64,000 bases of DNA from Euprymna scolopes. Its lineage: Eukaryota. How positions within the stretch are numbered: the stretch's first letter is position 1; each line of letters opens with the position of its first letter. Shown piece after piece: positions 51,900 to 64,000 of the stretch. The DNA lies in NCBI GenBank assembly GCA_053919585.1, contig CM132813.1. The stretch is one strand, 5' to 3'. Both the position numbers and the translations under genes were made by a program. The notes under the pieces are model-generated. The model saw nothing but the letters and a program-made list of their open reading frames with translations. It searched no databases and was not told the origin of the DNA.

Positions 51900-54818
51900 G
51901 CATTCGCTCCGCACAAATGTTTCCTATTATAATGGTTATCTGTAAATAAGGCACTTTTCAGGATTGTAAAGTGAGAATTGTGTCAATTTTGGTGAGTATG
52001 AGGGTTCGTGTTAAAATATTCTCCATTTAATGGTAGAAGATGCATCATTTTATTAACACCGACATGCTAAGTTTGGTAAGGCTATCCATATTCTTTGTTT
52101 CCACTCTAAAGGACCTCATATGTGATTAATATATTTTTAAACACACCTTGTGTCATTCCAATATATATTTAAGTTGTGTATGTTGATTGGTCAGTGAAGG
52201 TAGATTCGTATACAACAGATTCAGCCTAACAATTACAAGCTAGTGGGCACTCATTTCTTGGATGTCCAATGACACCCTTCTTTTTTCATATCTTTTTTGT
52301 CCCCTAGAGATCATGGACTTAATCGATTGTGTTCTCGAGTAACTTACTTTCAGCATTCCTATAAACAATGTTATATAGCCTGTGTTATTGTAGAAAATGC
52401 ATATCTAGAAATCTAAGGAAAATGCCCTACTCTCGTTTTATTATTTAATGAGAACTAGGATACGAACTAAATTATATTCCGTCTTCTATTTCTTTCTTTA
52501 TTTTCTGAATATTATAAATCTGTTGAACTGTTATGTTCTCGCTGAATACATTTTCATTGGGGTCTTTCTGATAATATGGTGCTGTCTATTGGAACACTTC
52601 GGCATTAGGAGAATGTCTTAATATTCTTTTCCTAACATAAGCTACCATATTAAAGAATTCTGTGAGTTGATGGAATGAACTTGTATTAATGTATTCGGGT
52701 ATTTCATTTGGTTAATGGAAGGTGTAAGATTTTTACTCAAGATGTAGTGTTGCATCTAAGACATCTATTTTACATAAATTCTTTGTCATTGTTACGTTAA
52801 AACTTAACTTCTTGAAAAATTAACTATTTTTTCTGAGTGTGTCTAATGTGCACCCATTTAAGTATCGCGAAGGCATGACACATTATCTCTATACAATCCG
52901 GAAAAAAATGTTGAAAAAGGTTAGGGAATTTGTTTTTCAGTGTGTCTTGTAAGAATAAGCCTAACTAGATCACAGATACCAGCAGTCATATGCTCACATT
53001 GCCACATAAAAAGGGTCTTCAGGATTTTATTTTTTTATGCATTTTTTAACTTCAAACTCAGAAGTGTCTGCCGTGTTTGCATAATTGTCTCTGTATCATG
53101 TTTACTTATCCTTTGATATGTTTATGTGAAATGTAATGCGTTTTTTCTACAATTATTTACTAATAGATGAATAAAAACCCACAATGCCCAGTTTGGTGAA
53201 TCTGCATCCGTGTAGTTCTCTTATGCTTTTGAATCAGTTTAGGGTTGAGCTTGTATTTATTAACGTTTAATATTTTATATGTTTTACTAATTCTTTTATG
53301 ATAACCTTTCTAGAAAGGATAAATTCTGTGTTAGCTGTTTTGCTTATTATCAAAAATGTATTTATGATCATTAAATGTTATGAAGGGATTAATATATTAA
53401 TTCAATATTATATGACTAATCTTATATCTTTCTCTTGGTTAATATGTGTATACGTTTCTTTTTCCCGCTAATTCGTACTTATCGGTAATGGAGTATAATA
53501 TTAACTCTCCTTTCTTTTCCTTTTCGATTCCTTATAATTTTTTTTGTTTTATCAGAGAAAGCTTTCTCATTTTCATTTTTATTTTCTTGATATCAGCGAC
53601 TATTGTTCTTCGCAATATATTTTGTTTGTGTGTAAATTCAAGTTTGATGGTTTCATCTAATAAATCATTTTCAAACTTTTCTAATTAATCGATTTATATG
53701 AGTATTTAATTCATTTTAATCGCAAATTATATTTTAAAATCTCCCGAACGTTTGATTCATTTACCATATTCTATCTCAACCTCTTGATTACATTATCAAT
53801 TATTGTCAGCAGATCCTTATGTACATCTTGTTACTGGGTGTTGGTATGTTTTTCATGCAGTAACCTAACGTACATTCCTCTATCTCCGGTGTTTTTGAAA
53901 GAATTGTCCAACGAATGTTCTTTCTATTTTATGCCATTCCTTCTCGATAGTGCTCCACAACTGGGCTATTATACTAGCGGTGGGGGGTAGCCGGCGTTAC
54001 CTGAGTGTTTGGAGGTGAGTGTGCGCGGACGGGGGCGGTGGGGTGTTAATCAAAATATAAGAATAAGCGAAGTAAAAAAATACTAAATTTAAAAAAAAAC
54101 AAAAAATAAAATAGAAACACGACCGTTAAACCTTCCTTAAAAAATCTAAAAAAATAACTCGGCGTCTGTGCTAGGGCGATGTGGGTATAATCCATGTATA
54201 AGAATAAGCGAAGTAAATATTTTTAACTATTAAATTTAAATTAAATACTAAAACTTAAAAAAATAGAAAAAACATAAAAAAAACTAACGTAAGGCAAACG
54301 AACGATGTTAAATGTCAAAATATGAAAAAAAAAACAGCAAAGCAAACAGAAAAACGAACGTTAAAAATACTTTAAAAAATCTGAAAAATAAAAACAAAAA
54401 AAACACGTGAAAAATGGTTTAATTAAGCCTGTTTCAATATTAAAATTTAAAAAATCGAAAAAAAAGATATCTCACACCACGAGTCGAACCCAGAACCATT
54501 ACATAGCGCTCTGACCAACTGACCGTACACGACGTACATGAAATTGTGTCATTTTTTTTACAAATCTTTAAACTAAATCAAGTTACGACGTCGTATGACG
54601 CATGCGTAGAAGAGACATCGTCATGAGAGGACGGTTTTTGCTGCCTGTAGGAAAGTGATGATTTTAGGGTGAAAAAAAATGACGGTTTTTGGCCAATATT
54701 TCGATATTTGTCGGGCGAAAGATGGGGGTTTCATATGAGACCAAATTTGTTAATTTTTGTTCTGTCTGTCGAAAGTTTTGCAGATATACAAACATACATA
54801 CATAGTTATATTTTCATT

Positions 54819-54860
<42 letters not shown>

Positions 54861-55500
54861 GGTTGGTGTCTAGTTTCAAAGGTTTAGGTAAATAGAAAAT
54901 CATAATAGAACACGTATGTAAAAATATGATAAATTCCATTAAGAGTCAACCTACAAACATTACGTACTTTATTTTTTATATTTGCGTAACATGTGTTGTC
55001 TAGTTATTAGAACGTATTTAAGCATTATTTATACGGATGGGATCGATAGTGTACTGCTATAATATGCCGTCATTATACAACACTTCTAAGTATAACCTCT
55101 TGATGTTTCAGAGTTAGATTAACGATATCTTTGTGATAGATTGCTATATACTCATAAAATAAAAATTAAAGAGCTATTTAATTATTTATTTCATATTCTA
55201 TCAATACTAATTTCATTTTTTTCTCCAAGAGAGCTTCGATTTTTAAAAAAAATCATACACATTTTATCGGGTGAAATTTATTTTATATTTGACGTCATTT
55301 GTTCAATCGACCTAGATATGTCGAATATAATACTATAGGTTATTCAGTTATCATATATGTCAAAATAAAAGAAGCATGTGAAACAAGTATTCTGATAATG
55401 GATGATAACACTTCTCTATTGAATAAAGAAAACACACGCACTGCGACGAAAAAATGACATTAAATCAGTAGAGAAACAATTGATTTAAGTGTATATCAAT
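51900..55500 (+). pseudogene. Decayed IR-like gene interrupted by a Helitron (53974-54820)
   Basis: Motifs in order: ITS*WAL (~52232), VHPF, *GICF (~52922), EVSAVFA*LSL (~53060), MFTYPL (53098; compare DFTYP), hydrophobic M1, GCWYVFHAVT* (53836-53868; compare WYxFGAxxQ), HILSGEIYFIFD (~55258). Confidence 0.65.
53974..54820 (-). mobile_element. Non-autonomous Helitron containing a tRNA-like segment
   Basis: The 3' end (CTCCAAACACTCAGGTAACGCCGG...CTAG) is shared with the family. A/B-box segment at ~54470-54530. Confidence 0.6.
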
Positions 55501-56389
55501 ACAGTTTTGCAGCGTAAATTCTAATGACATAAGCTAATTTTGTCTGGAAATAATTGGTCTCTTAGAGACATTATACTAACTCGAAAATTGATTAGTATTA
55601 ATACAATTGGCGGCTACACATTTCCTTCCTCCATATGCTTTCAATAGCCATTCATCTGTCTCTATTTCGCTGTAAAACACTGTCATCTACACCGATCGTT
55701 CCATCGTTTGGCATTCAACATGAACGTTATGCAGGAACCGTTTATCACCAAGCTGTTATTTGTTCCAATTTACGGCTAATAAATAACATTCAGACTAATC
55801 CTTATAAAATTACATTTCGTATGCAATTAATAATTTTTTACAAAATTTATTTTGGAACAATAATTTTATTTGCTTGCTGTTTATTTAGCAATGAAATTAT
55901 GTTATTTTATACATAAACAGAGTAAAAAATACACCAGTGATCATTCATAGGGGAAAAAATTGAACCATAACAAGTAAAGTGCATGTTGTACGAATTTTCA
56001 ATTGTAATCACGTTCACAAACACCGTTATAATATTTACATGCGAGCCGATAGTAACACAAGGTCGGAACATACAGAGTGTTCCCCGAGTGACAAATATAT
56101 TTAGGCATTGCATATCCTACAAAATATTAAGGNNNNNNNNNNNNNNNNNNNNNNNNNNNNNNNNNNNNNNNNNNNNNNNNNNNNNNNNNNNNNNNNNNNN
56201 NNNNNNNNNNNNNNNNNNNNNNNNNNNNNNNNNNNNNNNNNNNNNNNNNNNNNNNNNNNNNNNNNNNNNNNNNNNNNNNNNNNNCAAAACTTTATTAAGG
56301 CAATCAATCACGAAAAGAAAGGCGTATTCCTTCGGAATTCATTTTATATTAACAAAAAGACCGTGGAAAAAATATATATTTAGACAGTT

Positions 56390-56651
56390 GAGTTTAGTTT
56401 CCTAGAAGTGCATTCAATGAAACAGCATGGGTCTACCAAAAAGTGCTCAATGAGTAAACAGATCAGGTATATAAAATTTATTCATACAAACATTGATGGC
56501 TACATATGCGCATACATGTTTTTGTAATCAGTCTTGTTGGGGGATTGTGTCTTCGGTAATTCTTGGCCTGAAGATGTAATCCCCCAACACGGGCGATTAC
56601 AGAAACATGTATACATATATGAAGCCATTAATGTTTGTATAAATAAATTTA

Positions 56652-56658
<7 letters not shown>
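56390..56658. mobile_element. Mini element: divergent pair of hammerhead-bearing repeats plus tail (same family as 19081-21925)
   Basis: + strand CTGAAGA (56568)-TGTAATC...GATTACA-GAAACATGTA (56611). A degenerate inverted copy lies at ~56470-56556. The tail matches 19081-19160. Confidence 0.7.
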
Positions 56659-56702
<44 letters not shown>

Positions 56703-56795
56703 ACACTTGAATTTACCTTATCATGCCCATTTCATTTGACATATTTGTTCAGTATATACCAAATTAAATTTGTCTTAGACTTTTGGAAAACCGTA

Positions 56796-56870
<75 letters not shown>

Positions 56871-56879
56871 GTGTGTGTA

Positions 56880-57960
56880 TCTTTTTTTATTTTCCTTTTG
56901 TTTGTTTGAAGAGATCAAGGAGCCCCTTCATGGGGCTAACACTTGATTCTGTTACAGTTGAAATTTATATCTTTTAAGAATATACACTGTTCCCTTTATG
57001 ACTGCTATCTCTATTTCCTTACAGTTTGGGTTTCCAGAGATTGCTTCTAAGTATTTTTGAAGGTTCTTTTTTATTAGGCAAGTTGCTCTCGTCACAACTG
57101 GTATAATGTTTATTTATTTCAGAGAACATGTTGCTTGTATATCATTTTTAGATCCTGATATTTTTGTTATCTTTTCCCGTGCTGCTCTATTAAGGCAAAA
57201 TTGATTTGGAACTGTGACGTCGATAATGAGTGCAGTTCTTTCGGGCTTGTTCCATATTACTATACCTGGCTTGATGGCGTCGCCTTTTATGTATCTTCCT
57301 GCTTGTATGTCTTTGTTGTAGAACACTGTCACTTTTCAATTTGATGTTATCGGTGGTGGTTCATGATCCCAGATGTTTGATGACCTATCTAGTTGCATCG
57401 CTCCACACCTCTTCACATGTAAGTATCTACGTACTATGTTGTGGCGAGCAGTGTAATGACCATCGGCTAGAAGGATCTTGCATCCAGACATTAGGTGGAT
57501 TGGGCTTTTAACAGCTGAGTGACAGAATCTGCATTGGCCGGTTTTTTGTAGACCAGCCATTTTCTTAAATCCATTTGTGAGTAAGCCTTGGTCTTGTACA
57601 GCTATAATTAATCATTCTTCAACAAATGAAAATTTGTCACTTTTAAGCCATTGTAGTGAGGCCTCTTTGTCAATGTAGCTCTGGTTCAGTTCTTCCATGG
57701 ACCTGCCTGCTTTCTCATGTTGTTGCCATCCTTCTAGTCTTGTTTTCAGTTCCCTTTTTGTATAGTTCATTCTCTCCTTTCGGGCGATTAGTGTCGCTGG
57801 GTTGTCGTATTCTTCTACTGTGTTGTCCATTGTGCTACCACTGGAATTTTCACTGAGTTTTGTAGTTGACGTCTGGTGGGGTAAACATTTAGTGTGATGT
57901 TCATTCACCATTTTTATTTTGGAGCCAGAATGTGTGTGTGAATTAATGTGTTATTCTAAT
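56880..57960 (-). mobile_element. 5'-truncated RLE-type non-LTR retrotransposon
   Basis: CRFCHSAVKSPIHLMSGC (CCHC), YTARHN and IKPGIVIWNK..ALIIDVTVP..REKITK. The 3' UTR abuts a (CA)/(TA) microsatellite. Confidence 0.88.
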
Positions 57961-58475
57961 TTGCAACGAAGCTAGAAAACTGGCTTGAGCTGCTGAACTA
58001 ATCCAGTTTCGACATATGACCTTCTGTTCTAAAAGTGTCGATAACTACCAAACGCAAATACACATGTTTAACCTTAATTCGAGAAACAGTTTCGATATTT
58101 CATAAAAAATAGATATGCATGTATATTCAGTATGCACCATATAATGTGTATCGCTTTATTGCAGGTCAATATGTTTGTTAATTTTAAATTGCTATGAGAC
58201 GCAAAAATGTTAAATTTTGTACTTTAAAAGAACATTACAATGCACTTTATTTGCCTTATTTTCGTTGAATTTTAACAAATATATAGTAAAGTTATGCTAG
58301 TTTTTCTTCAATTTTCTGGTGATTTTAAGTGTGTATCACTTCATTGAAAGTGTCTACAAAAATTTATATTCGGTAATAAACCAATATCGTATTTTTCTTC
58401 ATATGAAATTAAAAAACATATCCAGTAACACACAGTAAGACACAGAATTTTATATTATTTTGCTTAAGGAAATAT

Positions 58476-58976
58476 TTATTGATCAGCATAACTTCCATTA
58501 TTCAAAATCACTTTTAATAGCCTCTTGTCAACTAATGATATAAATCGGCGGATTTGAGATGACTTGATGATATTCATCCAAAGTTCATCCTTTGACCAAA
58601 CTTGCACATCTTATTTTATTATTGATCAGAGCTGCTAAAATTGGGGTTATATCTGGAGAACAAGGTCCTCATGTCATAAAAATTTCTCGACTTATGCATA
58701 ATGCCTTAAGGTAGGATGTTGTGGTATTTTATAACATTGCAGCGTGTATTTCCGGAGAAGCAAGACATCTAAGTCTTGACAAATAGCGTAGCACTCTTGC
58801 TACTTGATATGTTGAGGCGAATCTTTCTAACACCACGATTTTGGATTTTCAACAAATGAGGACAATATTCTTCGATCTCTTCCAAGTCCGTTGGCTAGAT
58901 TTACGAGCGACAACTCGTCTGCCATGCCTACAAAACGCTACTTTTCAGTAGCTGTCAATCAACTCTTTAGAATCAT
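58476..58976 (-). mobile_element. Internally deleted Tc1-like transposase relic
   Basis: N-terminal LTATEK*RFV...LANGLGRDRRILSSFVENP (HTH); *GPCSPDITPI (WPxxSPDLNPI); C-terminal SKDELW...VDKRLLKVILNNGSY. Confidence 0.75.
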
Positions 58977-59183
58977 TTTCGCAGACATGCGATAAAGTGA
59001 TACCCACATAAAATTACTGGAAAATAGAAAAAATAGAATAATTTACAAAATATTTGTTCAAATTCCACAAAAATCAGGGAAATAAGGCACCTTTTAATGT
59101 ACCAAAGTAAGGTTTTTCGCGTTTCATGGCAATTTTAATATTTAGAAAAAAAAAGCATTGACCTGCAATAAAGCGATACACAG

Positions 59184-59248
<65 letters not shown>

Positions 59249-60316
59249 GAAGTGAATTAGACGAGTCAAATTATACTTTACTCCGTTTAATCGTTCGAAA
59301 CAACATCATTGGAACGAGCAAACAAGATTATTATATGTAGAATGAATTTAGCTTAACATTCATTTCGAATACACGCTTTATAGGATGCCGTATTGACTGC
59401 ATGGTATTAAATAACGTTTAATGCTATCATAATCTCCTATAAAAGAAATACATAGTAAGCTTTAATTAAAACATGATAATATCATATATTATAATATAAC
59501 ATAGTAGTTATCTATTCCTTATGAGTTGTTAATTATATAAATTTCTCCCTGTTGTTAATTTATTTAGTTTTAGTTTAAAATATCGGGTTCACTTTATAAC
59601 GCATTTTAACCTAAATTATGTCGTGTAATATCAATTCGTTATGCATTATAAAAGACACCGCACGAAATTGTCTCAAGCAATGCGATTGATAAAATATACG
59701 TCGCAGCAAAAATGATAAGACATCACAGAATGGACATGTAACACCGCGACGAGATAATGTCGAAGGTACAGCAATATACAGATCTACGACGGCGAGAATG
59801 AACGACGAAAGATAATGACGATCGAGCAGCGCGTCAGATATTTGGCAAATAGAAAGAAAAGAAAAACACGTATTACTTTAGATCTCGGAGAAAGCNNNNN
59901 NNNNNNNNNNNNNNNNNNNNNNNNNNNNNNNNNNNNNNNNNNNNNNNNNNNNNNNNNNNNNNNNNNNNNNNNNNNNNNNNNNNNNNNNNNNNNNNNNNNN
60001 NNNNNNNNNNNNNNNNNNNNNNNNNNNNNNNNNNNNNNNNNNNNNNNNNNNNNNNNNNNNNNNNNNNNNNNNNNNNNNNNNNNNNNNNNNNNNNNNNNNN
60101 NNNNNNNNNNNNNNNNNNNNNNNNNNNNNNNNNNNNNNNNNNNNNNNNNNNNNNNNNNNNNNNNNNNNNNNNNNNNNNNNTTTTGATGTTGTGATACGTT
60201 AAATGAATTAAAATAGTTACGAAAGTATATTTTTACCAGAATGCCAATCGGGAATACTTTTCCCTTTAACCACCTTAGATCCCCGAATGGGGAGCGGCAT
60301 ACATATTGTTTTTTTC

Positions 60317-60433
60317 AAATATAATTATCCACTGACAAGTGTTGTGTCTACGACTCATCAGAGTTGTTCGCTTGATTCATCCACTCTGATGAGACGTAGA
60401 CGACGAAACACTTGTCAGTGGATAATTATATTT
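60317..60433. ncRNA. Inverted pair of hammerhead motifs; the + strand copy has a complete catalytic core
   Basis: ATCCACT-CTGATGA (60386-60392)-GACG taga CGAC-GAAAC-ACTT-GTC-AGTGGAT, with predicted cleavage after 60416. The mirror copy at ~60328-60364 on the - strand has a damaged GAAA. Confidence 0.8.
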
Positions 60434-60501
60434 TAATAACTATATATAGATTATATATATACACGCATATATACGTATAATATATATATGCATAAATAGA
60501 T

Positions 60502-60588
<87 letters not shown>

Positions 60589-60641
60589 GTCGTAAGCGTA
60601 TTTTCGTATTTTTATTTGAATAAAGACACGTTCAGTTATTA

Positions 60642-63094
60642 CACTGGGTAACAGCCATAAAACCCGTCAGGGGTTTCTCAACTAATTTAGACTAATTTTG
60701 GTGTTCTGAGTCCGAATATCACGTTGATTGTGCTCTATCAGGTCAACTTTTTGAGATACAGCCATTGGCCCACCTGACAAGCTATACATATGCTGATATA
60801 AGGGGTTTATAGTTCAATCATATTTTTCTTGAAGAATATATCGAATTACAATTCACAGACACGAATAATATTATAAATAATTAATATATTTGTGTTTATC
60901 ATAAATTAATGTGTATAAATATGTATAGAATTTATTTGATATTTAATATATTTGTGTGTGAATTTAAGCTAACGGGGTTATACTTGAGCAAATTTGGGCC
61001 ATTCTTCCCAAGGACCCCGTAGTGACAATATTTGGCTCTTAGATTCTCTCTCATGTTCTCATTACCTTAACATTCATTGCCTTTGCCTTAAATTAACTCA
61101 TTGTGTGCTCAATGTGTGTTTACACATCGAAGTTGGTGCACGCCGTTTATGTTATGCGGGTTCGTGTCTCTGAGAAAATAGTACAATTATGGAATATTCA
61201 GTGGCTATAAATCCTAGTACTAATTTATTAACTGTCTATGTTTCAGTATGAGCGTATTTATAGAGCAGTAAACGGGGGATTTCGCTTATCTTTTTTATTT
61301 TCCTTTTTAGAACAATAAAAGGAATTCCGTAATTAGTCAATCAAATTGATAGCTGTCTCACCATTACTCCATAGGAATATATAAATAAAATATAATTCTA
61401 CATTTTCTTAAGTAACCCTTAGCCAGTCAAATTGATTCTAAATGTCATTGTCTGACACTCAGCTGCATCTGTATGTGAAAAAATTCCTGTACCAGCGCTC
61501 ACACACCTTCCCGACAGAGACGACAAGGCAATCACTACAGACAAACAAGGATATACAGAGGATTGTAAGTATGAAGCACAAGAGTGTCTGCAGCTCTTTT
61601 CACAATGTTAGCTTAATGATCTGGTTCGGGATCTTAGCTTGTCGAAGACTTCCTCCGAACTGTTGGCCTCCAGACTCAAAGAGAAAAATCTACTTGACAA
61701 GGACGTGCGTATCACTTTCTTTGATAGAAGGCATGATGACTACATGGGATACTTCTGCCAGAAGGAAGACCGCGTGCACTGCTGAGATATCGCCGGTCTT
61801 CTTGTTAAACTCGGCACTCCTCGATACGATCCGAGAGATTGGCGACTCTTCATTGACAGCTGCAAGCGCTCTTTGAAGTGGGTGCTCCTCCGCAACGGGA
61901 CCCAGTTCGCCTCAGTCCCTTTTGCACACTCCACAATTCTCAAAGACAAATATGAAGCAGTGAAGTACGTGCTCGTCAAAATCCAATAAGAACAGCACAG
62001 ATGGATTATCTGCGTCGACTTAAAGATGGTGAACTTTCTACTTGGTCAGCAGTCCGGGTTACGAAGTACCCATGCTTTATATGTATGTGGGACAGTCGAG
62101 ACAGAGCCAAGCACTATGTAAATGAAGAGTGGCTGGCGCGAGAGCAGTTAGTACCTGGGGCGAGAAACATCATAAAAGAACCTCTTGTTGACCGGGAGAA
62201 GATATTGATCCCACCGCTACACATGAAGCTTGGGTTAATGAACCAGTTCACGCGCGCTCTGTACAAGGATTGGAGGTGCTTCAACTACCTGTGCAGAGCC
62301 TTTCCTCGAATAAAAATTGAGAAGCGGAAGGCCAGCATTTTTGATGGCTCGCAGATACGGCAGCCCATAAAGGACACAGAGTTCCAAAACTCCATGAACA
62401 CCCTAGAGTGCGCCCCGTGGAAATCGTTTGTGCAGGTGGTGAACAACTTCCTGGGGAACACCAAGGCAGAAAACCACGCCAACCTCATCAGCAGCATGAT
62501 AGAGGCCTTCCAAAAACTTGGGTGTTTGATGAGTATAAAGATGCACTTCCTGTTCTCACACATGGGGAAGTTTCCTGAAAACCTTGGGACGATGAGCGAC
62601 AAGCAAGGAGAAAGGTTCCACCAGGACATGCACCAACTGAAGGAGAGGTACCAGGGAAGGTGGGACGCAGTCATGATGGCGGACTACTGCTGGTCGCTGA
62701 AGAGCGACAGTGAAACAGCTGCTCACACACTCGATGAAACGCTGATTTATGCCGTGAATTCTGAACTTTTGTGTCATGTAACGCTCATAATTATACTAAT
62801 CTTATGATAATTATGCTAATTAAATTTGATGGACTAAAGAAAAACTGAATTAATTTGGATACGTTTACTTTTATTTCTTGTGGAAAACGGAAAATATCGT
62901 AAGGGGTGTCTCAGTTGATGATCCGCAGAAATTTCTTTCTTACGAAAAATCGATTTTTTTTTAAATTCTGTAGCAAAATAACCTGACCTAATTGAGCAAA
63001 ACCAAGGTCATTTTCGGACTCAGAGCATTAAAATAGTCTTATTCTGCTGGAAAACCCAGGTCGATTTTTAAAACATATTTTGTGTTACCCAGTG
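60642..63094 (+). mobile_element. Chapaev3-type (CMC superfamily) DNA transposon
   Basis: Termini CACTGGGTAACA / TGTTACCCAGTG, longer imperfect subterminal inverted repeats, and TTA on both flanks (3-bp TWA TSD). Confidence 0.8.
61590..62745 (+). pseudogene. Chapaev3-like DDE transposase (N-terminus missing, stops and frameshift)
   Basis: LNDLVRDLSLSK..SELLASRLKEKNLL, WRLFIDS, WIICVDLKM, PPLHMKLGL, MSIKMHFLFSH, SDKQGERFHQD and YQGRWD..MMADYCW. Confidence 0.85.
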
Positions 63095-63891
63095 TTATAG
63101 CAATATACTTTACTATTCTATCTTATCAGTTCGTTTTAAATATTTAAAAAGTAAGATATTACTTTTGGAACGCCGATAATATATTACCTTAGCAATGATA
63201 CTGGTGTCCAATTTAGATTTTGCTATGTAATGTTTCCAAAAGAAAACATTACTTTAAATTTTTAAACTGAAAGTTATTTCCAATATTTTAAAGAATTTTC
63301 AAAATAAATTCAGCCATTTCCTCTTTAAACGTCTTTAATATATTATGATATGTCCTAATCGGCTTTATATCCTTAGTGTAATAAAACATCTTGAAATTAA
63401 ATGCTGTGTGTACATACTTTGCTTTTACAATAAATATTTTTATCGAGCAAGAGAAATTACTGAGAGCCCAACCCTACAGCTAGCAGTACATATCTTGAAG
63501 AACAACGGATCTGCAAGCAAATTACATGTGTTATGGCGGGTAAAGTTTTCGGCTAAGTTTTCACACATTCATGGCGTTGCCTAGGTAAGAAATATTAACT
63601 GAATCCGTTCTATAAATTACACCCTTCTTTTGAAGTAATATTTATTAATATTGCAAATGTTTTGCATCGATTTTGACTTCGCTAACGCAAACATCTAACA
63701 TTAGTCACTTGTTGAACTATTACATGACATGCAATAAATCAAATTTTATACTGTGATACCGTCATTATATTTATATCTCCTATATAAACAAGAACAAAAG
63801 TATTAACTCAGATGCATAGCACGCCCATATATAAAAAAAAATACACAAAGACGCACGCTAACTCGCACATACTTCTCTCTGTCTCTGTCTC

Positions 63892-63945
<54 letters not shown>

Positions 63946-63969
63946 TAACAATGTTTATTATATTTTACT

Positions 63970-64000
<31 letters not shown>

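Noticed and set aside
25393-55500. TAA/TAG often fall where Gln is expected, suggesting a ciliate-type genetic code or readthrough
   Set aside because: The same copies also have frameshifts and TE insertions, and the TE ORFs end normally at TAA/TAG. C-to-T decay explains it.
55996-56118. Possible - strand exon for a small Cys-rich peptide (YAMPKYICHSG...CKYYNGVCERDYN*)
   Set aside because: No signal-peptide exon or homologue is visible and it lies next to a gap; it could be chance.
59640-59895. Possible Helitron Rep N-terminal repeat (TIEQRVRYL)
   Set aside because: Too short and cut by a gap, with no Rep or helicase motifs.
1684-60186. ORF-track entries rich in YIYI, ERER or X
   Set aside because: Artefacts of (TA)n/(GA)n microsatellites and N gaps. 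Most other short ORFs are antisense or off-frame shadows of TE genes.

Overview
AT-rich animal genomic DNA with many (TA)n/(CA)n microsatellites and ten assembly gaps. The host is probably an invertebrate, possibly a mollusc; this is inference only. I found no intact host gene. About half the window is mobile DNA: a complete Ty3/Gypsy LTR element, a near-intact Penelope-like element (PLE), a Chapaev3-type DNA transposon, Tc1 relics, L1/Tx1, CR1/L2-group and RLE-type LINE fragments, a 5S rRNA-derived SINE, and many non-autonomous Helitrons. Three things not shown by the ORF track stand out. (1) Much of the apparently unique DNA between the repeats translates, on the + strand, into decayed and apparently intronless ionotropic-glutamate-receptor/IR-like genes, about 7 copies in tandem. 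(2) There are about ten minimal hammerhead ribozyme motifs, six of them in three divergent inverted pairs. (3) A cluster of U2 snRNA-like motifs appears to be targeted both by a Tx1-clade LINE and by a ~200-bp non-autonomous element. All calls come from manual reading and translation; no database searches were run.
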